Position numbers and translations under genes: made by a program
Shown here: positions 27,300 through 36,813 of the stretch, in pieces
Numbering within the stretch: position 1 is the stretch's first letter
How the letters are laid out: every line of letters starts with the position of its first letter
The notes under the pieces: generated by a model
What the model was told of the DNA's origin: nothing
The model's database searches: none
What the model saw: the letters and a program-made list of their open reading frames with translations, nothing else
Virus record (IMG/VR): IMGVR_UViG_3300042910_000038
Origin: a virus
Reading direction: 5' to 3' (one strand)
DNA length: 64,000 nt

Positions 27300-28906
27300 T
27301 GTGGTTTGACTGGGAGGTTCGCTGTGAGGATGTTGATATTGCGGATGTTTCACGCTTCAGGTTTAGTTCTAAAGAGGCTGAGGAGCTTGTCAGAAACCCT
27401 CAGCCGACGGAGCATTTACTCTGGATTGCAGAAAGCATTAGGAAGCATGGGTTCATTCCAAACTATGATGGCTATTTATATCCTGAACACCGCGATGTAA
27501 CCCCTTACGCTCCTCATAGTTTTGTTTTAATGGAGAGGGAAGATGGAACGCTTGACGTTCTTTTAGGCGTTCATAGGATGGCGGCGGCTAGGCTTCTCGG
27601 CTTGAAGACGGTTCCAGCATACGTGGCGAGACCGAAAAATTACTCAGAGTGGCAGCTTAACCGCTTCCGACAAATCGCGGAAAAGCTGGAGAAAATGGAT
27701 ATTTATGAAAGCTGGGAGCTTCCAGGGGGCATTTATGTTTCCAAACGGGACAAGAGCAGGGAGATATTTGAATACTTCACCTCAATTGTTCCAACTCAAG
27801 CTTTTGCGGGGAGAACCGTGTTGGATATAGCTTGTTCAACCGGTTACTTCGCCATTAGGGCAGCTAATCTTGGCGCCAGCTACGTTGAAGGGTTTGATGT
27901 AAGAGGTGACGTTATAGAGATAGCAGAGGAAATTGCAGAAACATTCAACTTTCCATCAGAGGTTAAATTTTTCCAATGCGAGTTTTGGGATTACAAGCCA
28001 AGCAGAAAGTTTGACATAGTTTTCTGCAACCAAGCAATCTACCACTTCACGACAAAACACAGAAGCAAATGCCTCGGAAACCAAGATGAAGTTTTAGACA
28101 GAATCTCCTCATGGACAGATAAACTTCTCCTAATGTACACCTATGTTGACGCTCCATCACCATGGATAAACCCTGAAGAAGGCTACTACCCGACAAGCGA
28201 AAAAATCACAGAAGACCTACAAAAAAGAGGGTTTAAAACCGTTATAATTAAACATTTCATGCCGGGAAGCAAAAAACACGTTGTAGCATCTAAATGGGGG
28301 GTTGAAAAAATGATTAAACCTAAGACTTATGAAAGTGGAATAATTGACGCTTGCGGTTGGGGCGAATACCGTTACCTGTTGTTCACCTTGCCAGTTATTT
28401 TGAAGGCTAAAACTATTGTTGAAACTGGTTTAGGTCAGGGAAACTCGACAGTCATTTTCTTGGAGGCATGCCGTTTTCTGGGAGACTGTAAACTGTACAC
28501 TTTCGAGATAAACATAAACAAGGAAGACACGTTGCCGGCTAGGAAAAGAATAAGCGAGCTTGGGCTTGAACCATGGTGGACCCTAATAGAAAAGGATTCA
28601 GTTCAGGCTGGAAGAGAATGGAATCATGGGAAAATAGACGTCCTCTTCTTGGACAGCCACCACAGCTACGAGCACGTTTTAGCAGAGCTTGAAGCCTTCA
28701 AACCGCACTTGTCAGAAAAAGCTGTAATCCTATGCCACGACACAAACCCTAAAGAAGAACACGAAATGTATAAGACTGGCGGTCCGTTAAAAGCCTTAAA
28801 AGAGTTTCAAACTGAAAACCCAAACTGGAAACTGATAAACCTAAAAGCCAACAATGGTATGGGAGTGCTCATACGACTTGAACGTTCAAATAATAATTCC
28901 TCCTGA
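27296..28906 (+). CDS. ParB/Srx-like domain fused to two SAM-dependent methyltransferase domains
   Basis: LGVHRMAAARLLG; VLDIACSTG; IVETGLGQG...LFLDSHHSYE...LCHD. Confidence 0.7.
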   Translation: MMWFDWEVRCEDVDIADVSRFRFSSKEAEELVRNPQPTEHLLWIAESIRKHGFIPNYDGYLYPEHRDVTPYAPHSFVLMEREDGTLDVLLGVHRMAAARLLGLKTVPAYVARPKNYSEWQLNRFRQIAEKLEKMDIYESWELPGGIYVSKRDKSREIFEYFTSIVPTQAFAGRTVLDIACSTGYFAIRAANLGASYVEGFDVRGDVIEIAEEIAETFNFPSEVKFFQCEFWDYKPSRKFDIVFCNQAIYHFTTKHRSKCLGNQDEVLDRISSWTDKLLLMYTYVDAPSPWINPEEGYYPTSEKITEDLQKRGFKTVIIKHFMPGSKKHVVASKWGVEKMIKPKTYESGIIDACGWGEYRYLLFTLPVILKAKTIVETGLGQGNSTVIFLEACRFLGDCKLYTFEININKEDTLPARKRISELGLEPWWTLIEKDSVQAGREWNHGKIDVLFLDSHHSYEHVLAELEAFKPHLSEKAVILCHDTNPKEEHEMYKTGGPLKALKEFQTENPNWKLINLKANNGMGVLIRLERSNNNSS

Positions 28907-29948
28907 ACGGGAAGGCGTAAGCTTCCGCGAAGTAGGATTCACAATAGCCCAAGCCCTAAAAAAGATTCGCCCAACAATAAACGTTTCAGTTGACCCGTGG
29001 ACAAGGGTTTTCGTTCCAAACGTTAAACTCACAAACCCACTCGAATTCAACACTTGGGACCTATTCATATTCCCAATGACAGTAGCCCCAAACGCAACAA
29101 CACTCTTCGCCACATACGCCAGCCCCCTATACAGCAAGAAGGCATGGTACTATGGAGTCACGGAGGGAAGAATTCTAGGCTTCAACGATTTGATGAAGGC
29201 TTATCTGCGTAGGCGCGTCGTCACTCCTTCAAATTTCTCAAAGCAGATGCTTGAGGAGTGCGGTATAGAAGTTAAAGACGTTATTCCTCACGGTTTCATT
29301 CCTGAACAGTACGGTTTCATAGGTGATTTGGTGCGTTCAATTGTTGAGCGTTTCAAGGGGAGAATACTGCTCTACTACCTTTCAAGCGGGATTAGACGGA
29401 AAGGCATAACGCCCCTGATAGAGGCAATGAGCATAGTTGTCAAAAAACATCCAGAAGCCATCCTATACCTAGACGTGCTACCCCAATTCGTGGAAGAACA
29501 CTGGAGAACAGTCCAAAAACACAAACTGGAAGGAAACGTAGTCATAGAGGGGAACTTTGGAAGCATGCCAAAAGAACTCGTAGTAGCAAAATACCACGCA
29601 GCAGACCTAATAGTCCACGCCGCCTTCTCCGAGGGGTTTGGCTGCCCAATAGTTGAGGGGATGCTATGTGGAAAACCAGTAGTATGCGTCAACGCGCCAC
29701 CTATGAACGAGCATGTGGATGAGAGTTGCGGTTGGCTGGTAGATTTCGACCACATTGAATGGAACAACTACCTAAACTTGGTTAACATCAAAGAACACGT
29801 CTTTAAACCCGAAGCCTTCGCTGAAGCCATAATAGACGCCTTAGACCATCCAGAAGAAATAAAAGAGAAAGGCGTAAAAGCCTACGAAAAAGCAGTACGC
29901 AAATACAATTATCTGGTAACGTATAAGAAGTTCCTAGAACTTGAGTAG
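28854..29948 (+). CDS. Glycosyltransferase family 4 (true start probably TTG a few codons in)
   Basis: VIPHG, SEGFGCPIVEGMLCGKPVV. Confidence 0.9.
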   Translation: MVWECSYDLNVQIIIPPEREGVSFREVGFTIAQALKKIRPTINVSVDPWTRVFVPNVKLTNPLEFNTWDLFIFPMTVAPNATTLFATYASPLYSKKAWYYGVTEGRILGFNDLMKAYLRRRVVTPSNFSKQMLEECGIEVKDVIPHGFIPEQYGFIGDLVRSIVERFKGRILLYYLSSGIRRKGITPLIEAMSIVVKKHPEAILYLDVLPQFVEEHWRTVQKHKLEGNVVIEGNFGSMPKELVVAKYHAADLIVHAAFSEGFGCPIVEGMLCGKPVVCVNAPPMNEHVDESCGWLVDFDHIEWNNYLNLVNIKEHVFKPEAFAEAIIDALDHPEEIKEKGVKAYEKAVRKYNYLVTYKKFLELE

Positions 29949-30443
29949 CTATTCCGTTTTTCTTCCCGCTATCAAAATCAAATTTTGAACAAACGCATAA
30001 GTAAACATCGCCGCCCCTACTGCTAGGCTTGCTGTCCAAATGTAGTTTGGGTCTTCTGATGTTAAGGCTTGATATGCGAATAACGCTGGTCCGATAAGTT
30101 TGACTGCTTGGTACTTTTTCCACCCCCACTTCATAATTGTTCTTGCGAATATGTTTCCTTCTTTCAAGCCAGCTTCCAGCCCCTTCTTTGTCGTGTAGTA
30201 GTCCATGGCGTTTGCAAACAGGAAAACAGCTACAAGTGCAACTTTGAAAATGTTCAATTGCCAGTTGAAAGCGAAGTTTGCAGCCTGAACACCCAAAGCC
30301 TTAGCCTCTTCAACAGTTAAACTGCTTTTAGAAGGATTCGTAGAAGCCATCACATTTGTGGTTGCAACCTGAGACTTTGCAGTTGTAGCTTGAGGCTTCA
30401 AACGAACATGCTTTTTGACCCAGTTGCACCACTCGCAGGGCAT
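29949..30443 (-). CDS. Membrane protein, DUF5658-like
   Basis: ANAMDYYTTKKGLEAGLKEGN; hydrophobic segments. Confidence 0.55.
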   Translation of the reverse strand: MPCEWCNWVKKHVRLKPQATTAKSQVATTNVMASTNPSKSSLTVEEAKALGVQAANFAFNWQLNIFKVALVAVFLFANAMDYYTTKKGLEAGLKEGNIFARTIMKWGWKKYQAVKLIGPALFAYQALTSEDPNYIWTASLAVGAAMFTYAFVQNLILIAGRKTE

Positions 30444-30527
30444 TTGAACACCTGATGAAAATGAGGGAAAATTTGCTATTAAATTTTTGTTCGAAAATGA
30501 TATTAGAAACGATTTTGCTTTTATAAA

Positions 30528-30770
30528 ATGATGGGTATGAGCAGTCTTGAGGAGAGTTATGCTGCTTTAAAGAAGGGTTTGGCTGATTATTATAGGGCAC
30601 GGAAAGACGTGCTCTTTGTTGTTGGAAATAAGGTGTATGCTGGTCCGGAGCTTGCTAAAGAAATAGAGAATGAGACTGACGTTGGAAAACTTATGATTAA
30701 AATAGCGTTAAAAGGGACTGTTCATGATATGGCTATGGGGTGGCGTAGTTGGGCTTATACGACACAGTAA
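30528..30770 (+). CDS. Small protease-partner protein, copy 2
   Basis: GNKVYAGPELAKEIENETDVG; upstream TTTTATAAA. Confidence 0.65.
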   Translation: MMGMSSLEESYAALKKGLADYYRARKDVLFVVGNKVYAGPELAKEIENETDVGKLMIKIALKGTVHDMAMGWRSWAYTTQ

Positions 30771-31483
30771 TTTTCTCCCCGGTTTTCGACTATGCAACTA
30801 CAGTTGGTAATAACTCTTTGCATGCTGTGGTGGTTCCTTACATTAAGGCTCCATGGGTGCTGACTATGCTTGAGAAAGATAGTGCGACGAGGAGCAATTT
30901 GGAAAGTGCTTTGACAAGTAAAAACCCGTCAATTGTTTGGCTGGATAGCCACGGTAATGAAGTCTGCTTGGCTGAAACAGAGACGACTTGCGCTGTAGAC
31001 CTTACATCAGATTTATCTAAGCTTTTTAGTGGGCGTATCGTTTATATCAATGCGTGTTTATGCGGGAAGAAGTTGGCTCCAGCGATGGTTAGTGCGGGCG
31101 CTAGGGCGGTTTTAGCGTACACAGACGATGTTGTTGTTGTAATTGACCCGAGCACTAGACGAATGATAAGACCTTTTGAAGAAACCATTCTACACCCAAA
31201 AAGGCTATATGACTACATTTCCGTGGGACAAGTTTACGATGAAACAATTAAAAAATTCAATGAGTGGATTGATTGCTTAAAAGTTTGGGACCCCTCGGTT
31301 AGAGATGCGCTCTTACATGACCGTGACTGCTTTAAGCTTTTCGGAGACCCAAGTGCTGTTGTCCAATCTTCATCACAGCTAGTTGCGTCAGCCGAACGTG
31401 CTATTGCAACCGTTACAGTGGCTACTTTGCTTGTACAAACTTTTCTCATTGCAACGTTAAGAGCCGTGCTTAGGAGGAAGTAA
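30749..31483 (+). CDS. Clan CD-like cysteine peptidase with C-terminal membrane helix, copy 2
   Basis: WLDSHGNEVCL; YINACLCG. Confidence 0.6.
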   Translation: MGLYDTVIFSPVFDYATTVGNNSLHAVVVPYIKAPWVLTMLEKDSATRSNLESALTSKNPSIVWLDSHGNEVCLAETETTCAVDLTSDLSKLFSGRIVYINACLCGKKLAPAMVSAGARAVLAYTDDVVVVIDPSTRRMIRPFEETILHPKRLYDYISVGQVYDETIKKFNEWIDCLKVWDPSVRDALLHDRDCFKLFGDPSAVVQSSSQLVASAERAIATVTVATLLVQTFLIATLRAVLRRK

Positions 31484-31484
31484 T

Positions 31485-33062
31485 ATGGCAACCCAAAGCG
31501 AAATAAGAAGAGCTATTGCCTATGGCGACCGGTACCTCGATAGGTTAACAGATACGGTGACATGGAAAGGGACAACCATAACGCTTCTCAAATCGTTTCC
31601 ATTTATACCAATTATTGTGTACAACAAGGGTCAGAATTTTTGGACTTTTCCTGGAGGCATGCAGTTCATTGCCTACCGTGACCCTAGTACAGGTGAATAT
31701 ATGGGTTGCATTTTCCCCTCTGTTAGCATTTACACCGAAAAGATGACAGGCGAAGAATGGGAAGGAACCTACGATTTTGGAAACAGGATTAGCTATGACT
31801 ATGAAGACCTTTTCTACTGCATGGGCGGAATAGTTATTACCGACTATGGCGTTCCTACGGTAGATGTTCACTACTGGATTGACGGAAACGATGTAGTAGT
31901 TGATTTGAAATTTTACAGAGGTTTTCCATTTGCAGCTTATATGGGTAACCAACTCATATGTGAAACCTATAAAGTTGACGAAACCCCATCTCCAAGCGAG
32001 TTTACTTTTCGTTTTCCATGGGGTGCTGGCTTAAGAAGTCATAGGTATGTTATTGACTACGACCTATTTATGTACGCTTTGTATGCATGGTATGACCGCC
32101 CAGTCCAGCGGAGCAAGGCTCAATCAATCTTCAAGTTTTTAGACGATAACGGATACCGCATTCCCAGCGTCTATGACCCGTTGTATAGACAAACCGACGG
32201 GCTTCCAGACAACTGGATTACGAACCTAGATGCTCTTCTTAAAGTTAATGACAACTACAAGTATTGTGTCGAGAGGTTCGCCGATGGTTACGGAGACTAC
32301 AAATTCGAGTTTCCGATGGGAGGTCCGCCGTGGGCTGATGAGCATGGTAAGCGTGAGGAGCCAACGCCATACTTTCCTCATCTTTCATACAAAAGCTGGT
32401 GTAGAGAGACGCTTCGAGATGTGAGCCTAGGACGTCGCCCATTTGACTCTTGGCTTGCGATGCGCGCTATGCACGTAATGAACAAGTATGGTAGCCCGTA
32501 CGCCAAAGACGACCTTGGAAACTCAGCCTACGATTACCTGATAAAGGGCTATAAAGATGACCAAGGGAATTCACGCCCTCCAATAAAGGCAAACATTACG
32601 TCAGACGGTTATCAGCCGGCAGGTTCTCCGTATTATTTCAGTCCAGCGTACATTCTTCCAGCCTTTGCTGAGCTTGGCTATGGTTTTGGTGACAGTGATG
32701 CTAAGTCTATAGCTGACTTATTAGCCGACTGCTTGGTGAAAAGTCAATGGGGCTATCAATCCAACTTTGCTGATGGGCGATATGCCACCAACGACTATGG
32801 AGTTATAAACAGACCGGAGCACATAGGCGGATTCATTAAAGCTTGGACTATGAAAAATGGTGTTTACAATGCTGTAGATGTTGGTCGTATTATGCAACAT
32901 GTTGAAAGCATTAGTGAAGTGCAAGCTTTTTCGCTATTTTGGTATTTTGATGGTTACGGTTTTGTCGGCGAAACCCCCATGTTTATGCCAACAACTTCCG
33001 AAACTACATTGGCTGCTGTGCGCGCTCTAAGAATCTATGAATCATACAAATACCGTATGTGA
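31485..33062 (+). CDS. Paralogue family B copy 2
   Basis: MATQSEIRRAIAYGDRYLDRL; AELGYGFG; RALRIYESYKYR. Confidence 0.65.
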   Translation: MATQSEIRRAIAYGDRYLDRLTDTVTWKGTTITLLKSFPFIPIIVYNKGQNFWTFPGGMQFIAYRDPSTGEYMGCIFPSVSIYTEKMTGEEWEGTYDFGNRISYDYEDLFYCMGGIVITDYGVPTVDVHYWIDGNDVVVDLKFYRGFPFAAYMGNQLICETYKVDETPSPSEFTFRFPWGAGLRSHRYVIDYDLFMYALYAWYDRPVQRSKAQSIFKFLDDNGYRIPSVYDPLYRQTDGLPDNWITNLDALLKVNDNYKYCVERFADGYGDYKFEFPMGGPPWADEHGKREEPTPYFPHLSYKSWCRETLRDVSLGRRPFDSWLAMRAMHVMNKYGSPYAKDDLGNSAYDYLIKGYKDDQGNSRPPIKANITSDGYQPAGSPYYFSPAYILPAFAELGYGFGDSDAKSIADLLADCLVKSQWGYQSNFADGRYATNDYGVINRPEHIGGFIKAWTMKNGVYNAVDVGRIMQHVESISEVQAFSLFWYFDGYGFVGETPMFMPTTSETTLAAVRALRIYESYKYRM

Positions 33063-33063
33063 A

Positions 33064-33408
33064 CTAAGAAGGCACGATTAACAATAGAACTTCATAGGTG
33101 TTCACTTCAACGTAAACGACAACAGTTGTGTTTGGGTATTTTGGGCATTCAAAGGACAAAACCCAACAGACTTCTCCTTCGTAGTAACCTTCACGAATGT
33201 TTAAAAGTTTACCGATGAATTCGCTCATGTTACCTTTCTCGAAAAATTCTCTGGTAGCTTTTACAGCAGGATGGTTTGCGTAAACGTCGTTCAAATCTGA
33301 AAGCTTGGGAGTTGTTGTCTGTCTATAAATTGGTTTTTGACTTATGCTGATTACTAGGGACAAGGCAATCATGGACAGCAAACAAATCAAGAATATTTTC
33401 CTTTTCAT
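33064..33408 (-). CDS. Signal-anchored small protein
   Basis: MKRKIFLICLLSMIALSLVIS; start reassigned to ATG after TTTTTGGGTG. Confidence 0.6.
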   Translation of the reverse strand: MKRKIFLICLLSMIALSLVISISQKPIYRQTTTPKLSDLNDVYANHPAVKATREFFEKGNMSEFIGKLLNIREGYYEGEVCWVLSFECPKYPNTTVVVYVEVNTYEVLLLIVPS

Positions 33409-33445
33409 TAAATCACCCAAAAATACGATTGTTTTTTGAAAATAT

Positions 33446-33919
33446 TTAGGTTTTGCATGTTGCCGTTAGCTCGTTCGGTCCAAACAGCCCTATAACCACG
33501 AACGTTTTCGCCCTTGAAAGCAGTTTTAGAAACGGCTTCTTGTATGGGGTGACCCTTACAGACGGGTAGACCTTCACTTCCTTGAAGGCTTGTTTCAGAA
33601 AGGTTTCAAGGGTTTTTTTGTTCCAACTGTATAGGTGTTCATATGCAAAGTCGCATTTGGCGTTTGGAACCTTGATGATGACGGTTCCACGGCAAACTCT
33701 TTCAAATTCCTTTACAGCGTCTAATGGATGCTTTAAATGTTCAATGACGTGGCTTGCGTGAACTAGGCTGAAACATTTGTCCTTAAAAGGTAGATAGTGG
33801 GCATCGCAGACAACCTCAACGTCCTCGGCACGTAAAACGTCAACATGCACAACCTCCCCACCTTTAAACCTAAAAGGCTTACCGCCGCTGCCAACATCTA
33901 AAATCAAGAAACCACCCAA
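33446..33919 (-). CDS. Class I SAM-dependent methyltransferase
   Basis: LDVGSGG, CDAHYLPF, ASHVIEH. Confidence 0.85.
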   Translation of the reverse strand: MGGFLILDVGSGGKPFRFKGGEVVHVDVLRAEDVEVVCDAHYLPFKDKCFSLVHASHVIEHLKHPLDAVKEFERVCRGTVIIKVPNAKCDFAYEHLYSWNKKTLETFLKQAFKEVKVYPSVRVTPYKKPFLKLLSRAKTFVVIGLFGPNELTATCKT

Positions 33920-33926
33920 ATAAAAA

Positions 33927-34088
33927 CTAGCCCTTCTCTTCCTCCTCTTTAATAACGCCCTGCCTTTTCAGAAGCTCATACGTTTCAATTAACCTTCTCT
34001 CAACAGCCTTAGGAAACATTATACTCCAATACTTCTGCCAGTCCTCAGCAGCCTTCTCTGGAGGCGGATAACGGGACTTTTTACCCAA
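33927..34088 (-). CDS. 53-aa protein whose N-terminus resembles 8495
   Basis: TTG start after motif; MGKKSRYPPPEKA vs MGRRAKYPSPELA. Confidence 0.55.
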   Translation of the reverse strand: MGKKSRYPPPEKAAEDWQKYWSIMFPKAVERRLIETYELLKRQGVIKEEEEKG

Positions 34089-34107
34089 CCTTGCACCCAA
34101 AAAACTA

Positions 34108-34509
34108 CTATGCTCTTTTGCTGTTAATAGGTTTTCTCGCCGGAAATTTTGAACACCAAGGCTTCCAGAGCATAGTCCAAAGCCTCGTCCGATACCTTGG
34201 CTTCCCATCCTCAATATGCACTCTCCTACAAAACGTAACCTGCTCAGGTTTGCCGTGAAGTCGTTCGTCAAGCCAAACTCTTATCTCATCGTCTCCCATA
34301 GCTCTGCGAAACTCGTAAAACTCCTCATCCCTAATATCTGGAAAACCGTAGCCGATAACGTGGTAGCCGTTTGTTGTCTCAAAAACCTCCATAGCCTCGC
34401 AAAACTTTGCCATGTTAAAATAAACTTTCAAAAGCAAAAACTGGTTTTTACTATCAATATCAACGTTAATCCTTCTGCTCATTCCCCTTCCTCCTTGTAT
34501 GCTCGCCAT
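34108..34509 (-). CDS. Hypothetical protein with DxD and GYH motifs
   Basis: VDIDS...ETTNGYHV...GDD. Confidence 0.5.
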   Translation of the reverse strand: MASIQGGRGMSRRINVDIDSKNQFLLLKVYFNMAKFCEAMEVFETTNGYHVIGYGFPDIRDEEFYEFRRAMGDDEIRVWLDERLHGKPEQVTFCRRVHIEDGKPRYRTRLWTMLWKPWCSKFPARKPINSKRA

Positions 34510-35315
34510 TCGTCGAGCGTGCGCTGTCTTCCAACTTGCATGAACCTTGACGGCGAAAGAATCTTTCCTCTTCTGTAGGCTTCTGCTACAAGCCGCCTGT
34601 ACTCTCTGAACCAGCTTTCAACCCCCAAGCCCGGAACGGTGGCAACCCTTCTGCCAGCTTCAAGGTCGTATCTGTTCTTGTTGTCATACTCAACAGCTTT
34701 CCTAGGCTCCTCAATCCGCACGTAATACTGCTTAACGTCCAAAGGAGCCTCAACCTCGCTTTTGTCAATGGGTACAGCCTCAAAGTCGGGAATTCTTCCG
34801 GTTGGTCCTGGAATCTCAACAACAGCCCTTAACCACTCGTAGTGGCGTCTTCCAGCCAGAACGCTTGCAATAAACAATAGCTCTCTAAGCTCGGCTTCAA
34901 GTTCTGGCTGGGGGTCTTTAAACATCATCTCCTTCGGGTCCCATTTAGCCCACTGATACGGGTTGCGAGTGTAAACTGTGATGCGGAACTCAGCGTAAAA
35001 GTAGTATGGCGGCTTCGGAACCCGCTCGCGGAACATGTAGGCTATCCCAATCCGCCAGTATGGAGCCACAACCTTTTTTGCTAATGTAGCCCTTTCACTC
35101 CTCTCATCTCTAATGTTAGCCCAAATCTCCCTCATAATTGCTCTAACTCTCTCCAAATCCTCTGGGCGCCTGTACCAACGCCAACGGCTGGCATAGCGTC
35201 CCCACTCAACGTAAAGCCTCTCCCTAGCGCGAACCTTGTCCTCAACTCTGGCAATTTCCAGCCGCCACTCCCTTTCAGGAACCACAAGCTTAGGCTCAGT
35301 TGCCAAAACATGCAC
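34479..35315 (-). CDS. Arg/Trp-rich hypothetical protein
   Basis: 278-aa ORF in operon. Confidence 0.55.
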   Translation of the reverse strand: MHVLATEPKLVVPEREWRLEIARVEDKVRARERLYVEWGRYASRWRWYRRPEDLERVRAIMREIWANIRDERSERATLAKKVVAPYWRIGIAYMFRERVPKPPYYFYAEFRITVYTRNPYQWAKWDPKEMMFKDPQPELEAELRELLFIASVLAGRRHYEWLRAVVEIPGPTGRIPDFEAVPIDKSEVEAPLDVKQYYVRIEEPRKAVEYDNKNRYDLEAGRRVATVPGLGVESWFREYRRLVAEAYRRGKILSPSRFMQVGRQRTLDEWRAYKEEGE

Positions 35316-35319
35316 CCAA

Positions 35320-35592
35320 CTAAGCAGCTAGAAGGGTTAGTAGCTCCCTGAACTTTTTAACGTATTCCTTCCCCTTCTCAGTCGTTACAAATTTCCCATT
35401 CTCAACCTCAAGCAGGTTAAGGCTAGTCGCTATGTCAGTCAACTCTTTAAGAATTCCATAAGTGAAAGCGTTTGGGCGAGACCAGTAAATCTCAGCCAAA
35501 CTCCTAGGCTTCCTACAAAATCTAAGAATGTAGAAAAGCAGAGAATAGCGCGAAAGCTTCTTAGTCCTAAGCAGTCTTCTCTCCCGTTCCAT
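35320..35592 (-). CDS. Winged-helix transcription regulator
   Basis: LLEVENGKFVTTEKGKEYV (archaeal wHTH C-terminal signature). Confidence 0.75.
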   Translation of the reverse strand: MERERRLLRTKKLSRYSLLFYILRFCRKPRSLAEIYWSRPNAFTYGILKELTDIATSLNLLEVENGKFVTTEKGKEYVKKFRELLTLLAA

Positions 35593-35630
35593 AATAGAAA
35601 ATGATTCTATAAAACTTTTTAAACCTTATG

Positions 35631-35840
35631 CTAAAGAATCACGTATCTAGCTTCAAGCTCACCTTTACTGTTTTCTTTGAAAAACGCTTTAACAATACCT
35701 AGTTTTAAAAGTTCGAATATTAGTTCTGCAACTTCATCCCTTTTCATTCCAAGCTTTTCAGCAATCTCCGCCAAGGATAAAGGCTCACTGAAGCCTCTAA
35801 GCTTCTCGGCAAACTTTAAAACGTCAGCTTCAGCCGACAA
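35631..35840 (-). CDS. Winged-helix DNA-binding protein
   Basis: LSLAEIAEKLGMKRDEVAELIFELLKLGIV. Confidence 0.7.
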   Translation of the reverse strand: MSAEADVLKFAEKLRGFSEPLSLAEIAEKLGMKRDEVAELIFELLKLGIVKAFFKENSKGELEARYVIL

Positions 35841-36548
35841 CTAGCCTCTCCTTAAAAGCGGCATTATCGCCTTTACACTTTGAAGGATGCCGTAAAGGAC
35901 GAGGAAAGCTAAAATGAAAATGTCCGTCATACCCATAAATACGTAGGTGCTTAAGGCTATTTTGCTTTCACCCGTTCCAAACATCATAAAAGCGTCCCTG
36001 TCAGCCCTTAAAATGTCCGCTGTTGTCGGGTCCTCCTTATCCCAGAACTCAATCCACTTGTTATATTCGGCTATAGTAGCGTCATAAGCCTCTTTAGCCT
36101 TAACACCATCATACAAAACCTTAGGCTTAGTTAAACACTCCTTAAAGCCCGGCAAAGGCTCATAAGTTTGAGCGTCAACACGCAGAGTCAACAAATCAAT
36201 AAATGCGAAAACAGCTCTAGCACCGCTTTCCACCATGGCGGGAGCAAGCTTACGACCAGTCAGACACGCGTTGATAACCACTATTTTTCCGTTGAACCAC
36301 ACAGTATTCGCCAAATCCGCCACAGTTTGTCCCTCTTCCGGACCTATAACTGCATCTTCAGTCCCGTGTGATGCCAACCAAACAACCAGAGGGTAGCGCC
36401 GTAGAAAGTTGCCTAAAAGCTCAGTCTTATTAGCCCTCTCCTTATACAAATCCTCAACCAAATACATCCGTTTCCTAGCATAATCAATAACGTCAGGCAT
36501 AATCTTAGTGCTCAAAATCATTGATACAATTTCCCATGAAGGACGCAC
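35841..36548 (-). CDS. Clan CD-like cysteine peptidase with C-terminal TM, copy 3 (true start probably slightly upstream)
   Basis: WLASHGTEDAV; VINACLTG; frame open upstream as GDNDTTIVRP, matching YDTVIFSP of copy 2. Confidence 0.6.
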   Translation of the reverse strand: MRPSWEIVSMILSTKIMPDVIDYARKRMYLVEDLYKERANKTELLGNFLRRYPLVVWLASHGTEDAVIGPEEGQTVADLANTVWFNGKIVVINACLTGRKLAPAMVESGARAVFAFIDLLTLRVDAQTYEPLPGFKECLTKPKVLYDGVKAKEAYDATIAEYNKWIEFWDKEDPTTADILRADRDAFMMFGTGESKIALSTYVFMGMTDIFILAFLVLYGILQSVKAIMPLLRRG

Positions 36549-36584
36549 AATGGTCGTATCGTTGTCTCCGATGGCAACCGCCCC

Positions 36585-36776
36585 CTACTTCTTAAGGGAA
36601 TAGCGCTCTAGGGTTCCGCGTATTGCCCACTCGATTATCTTGTTTCCTACTTCTGTTCCAGCTTCAACTTCTTTTGCAAGCTCTTCGGCAGTATAGGCTT
36701 TGTTGCCTAGAACGGTCATGTAGCCTTTTCTGCGGATTGCGTCTGCAACAACTTTTCTAAGCTCCTCTAAGCTCAA
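36585..36776 (-). CDS. Small protease-partner protein, copy 3
   Basis: GNKAYTAEELAKEVEAGTEVG. Confidence 0.65.
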   Translation of the reverse strand: MSLEELRKVVADAIRRKGYMTVLGNKAYTAEELAKEVEAGTEVGNKIIEWAIRGTLERYSLKK

Positions 36777-36813
36777 ATAGTTTCACCCAAAAAAGATGAT
36801 GCTGATGGAAATA

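Noticed and set aside
1404-32924. Numerous short antisense or alternate-frame ORFs in the left arm
   Set aside because: They overlap well-supported + strand genes and lack RBSs or motifs, unlike the LAGLIDADG ORF.
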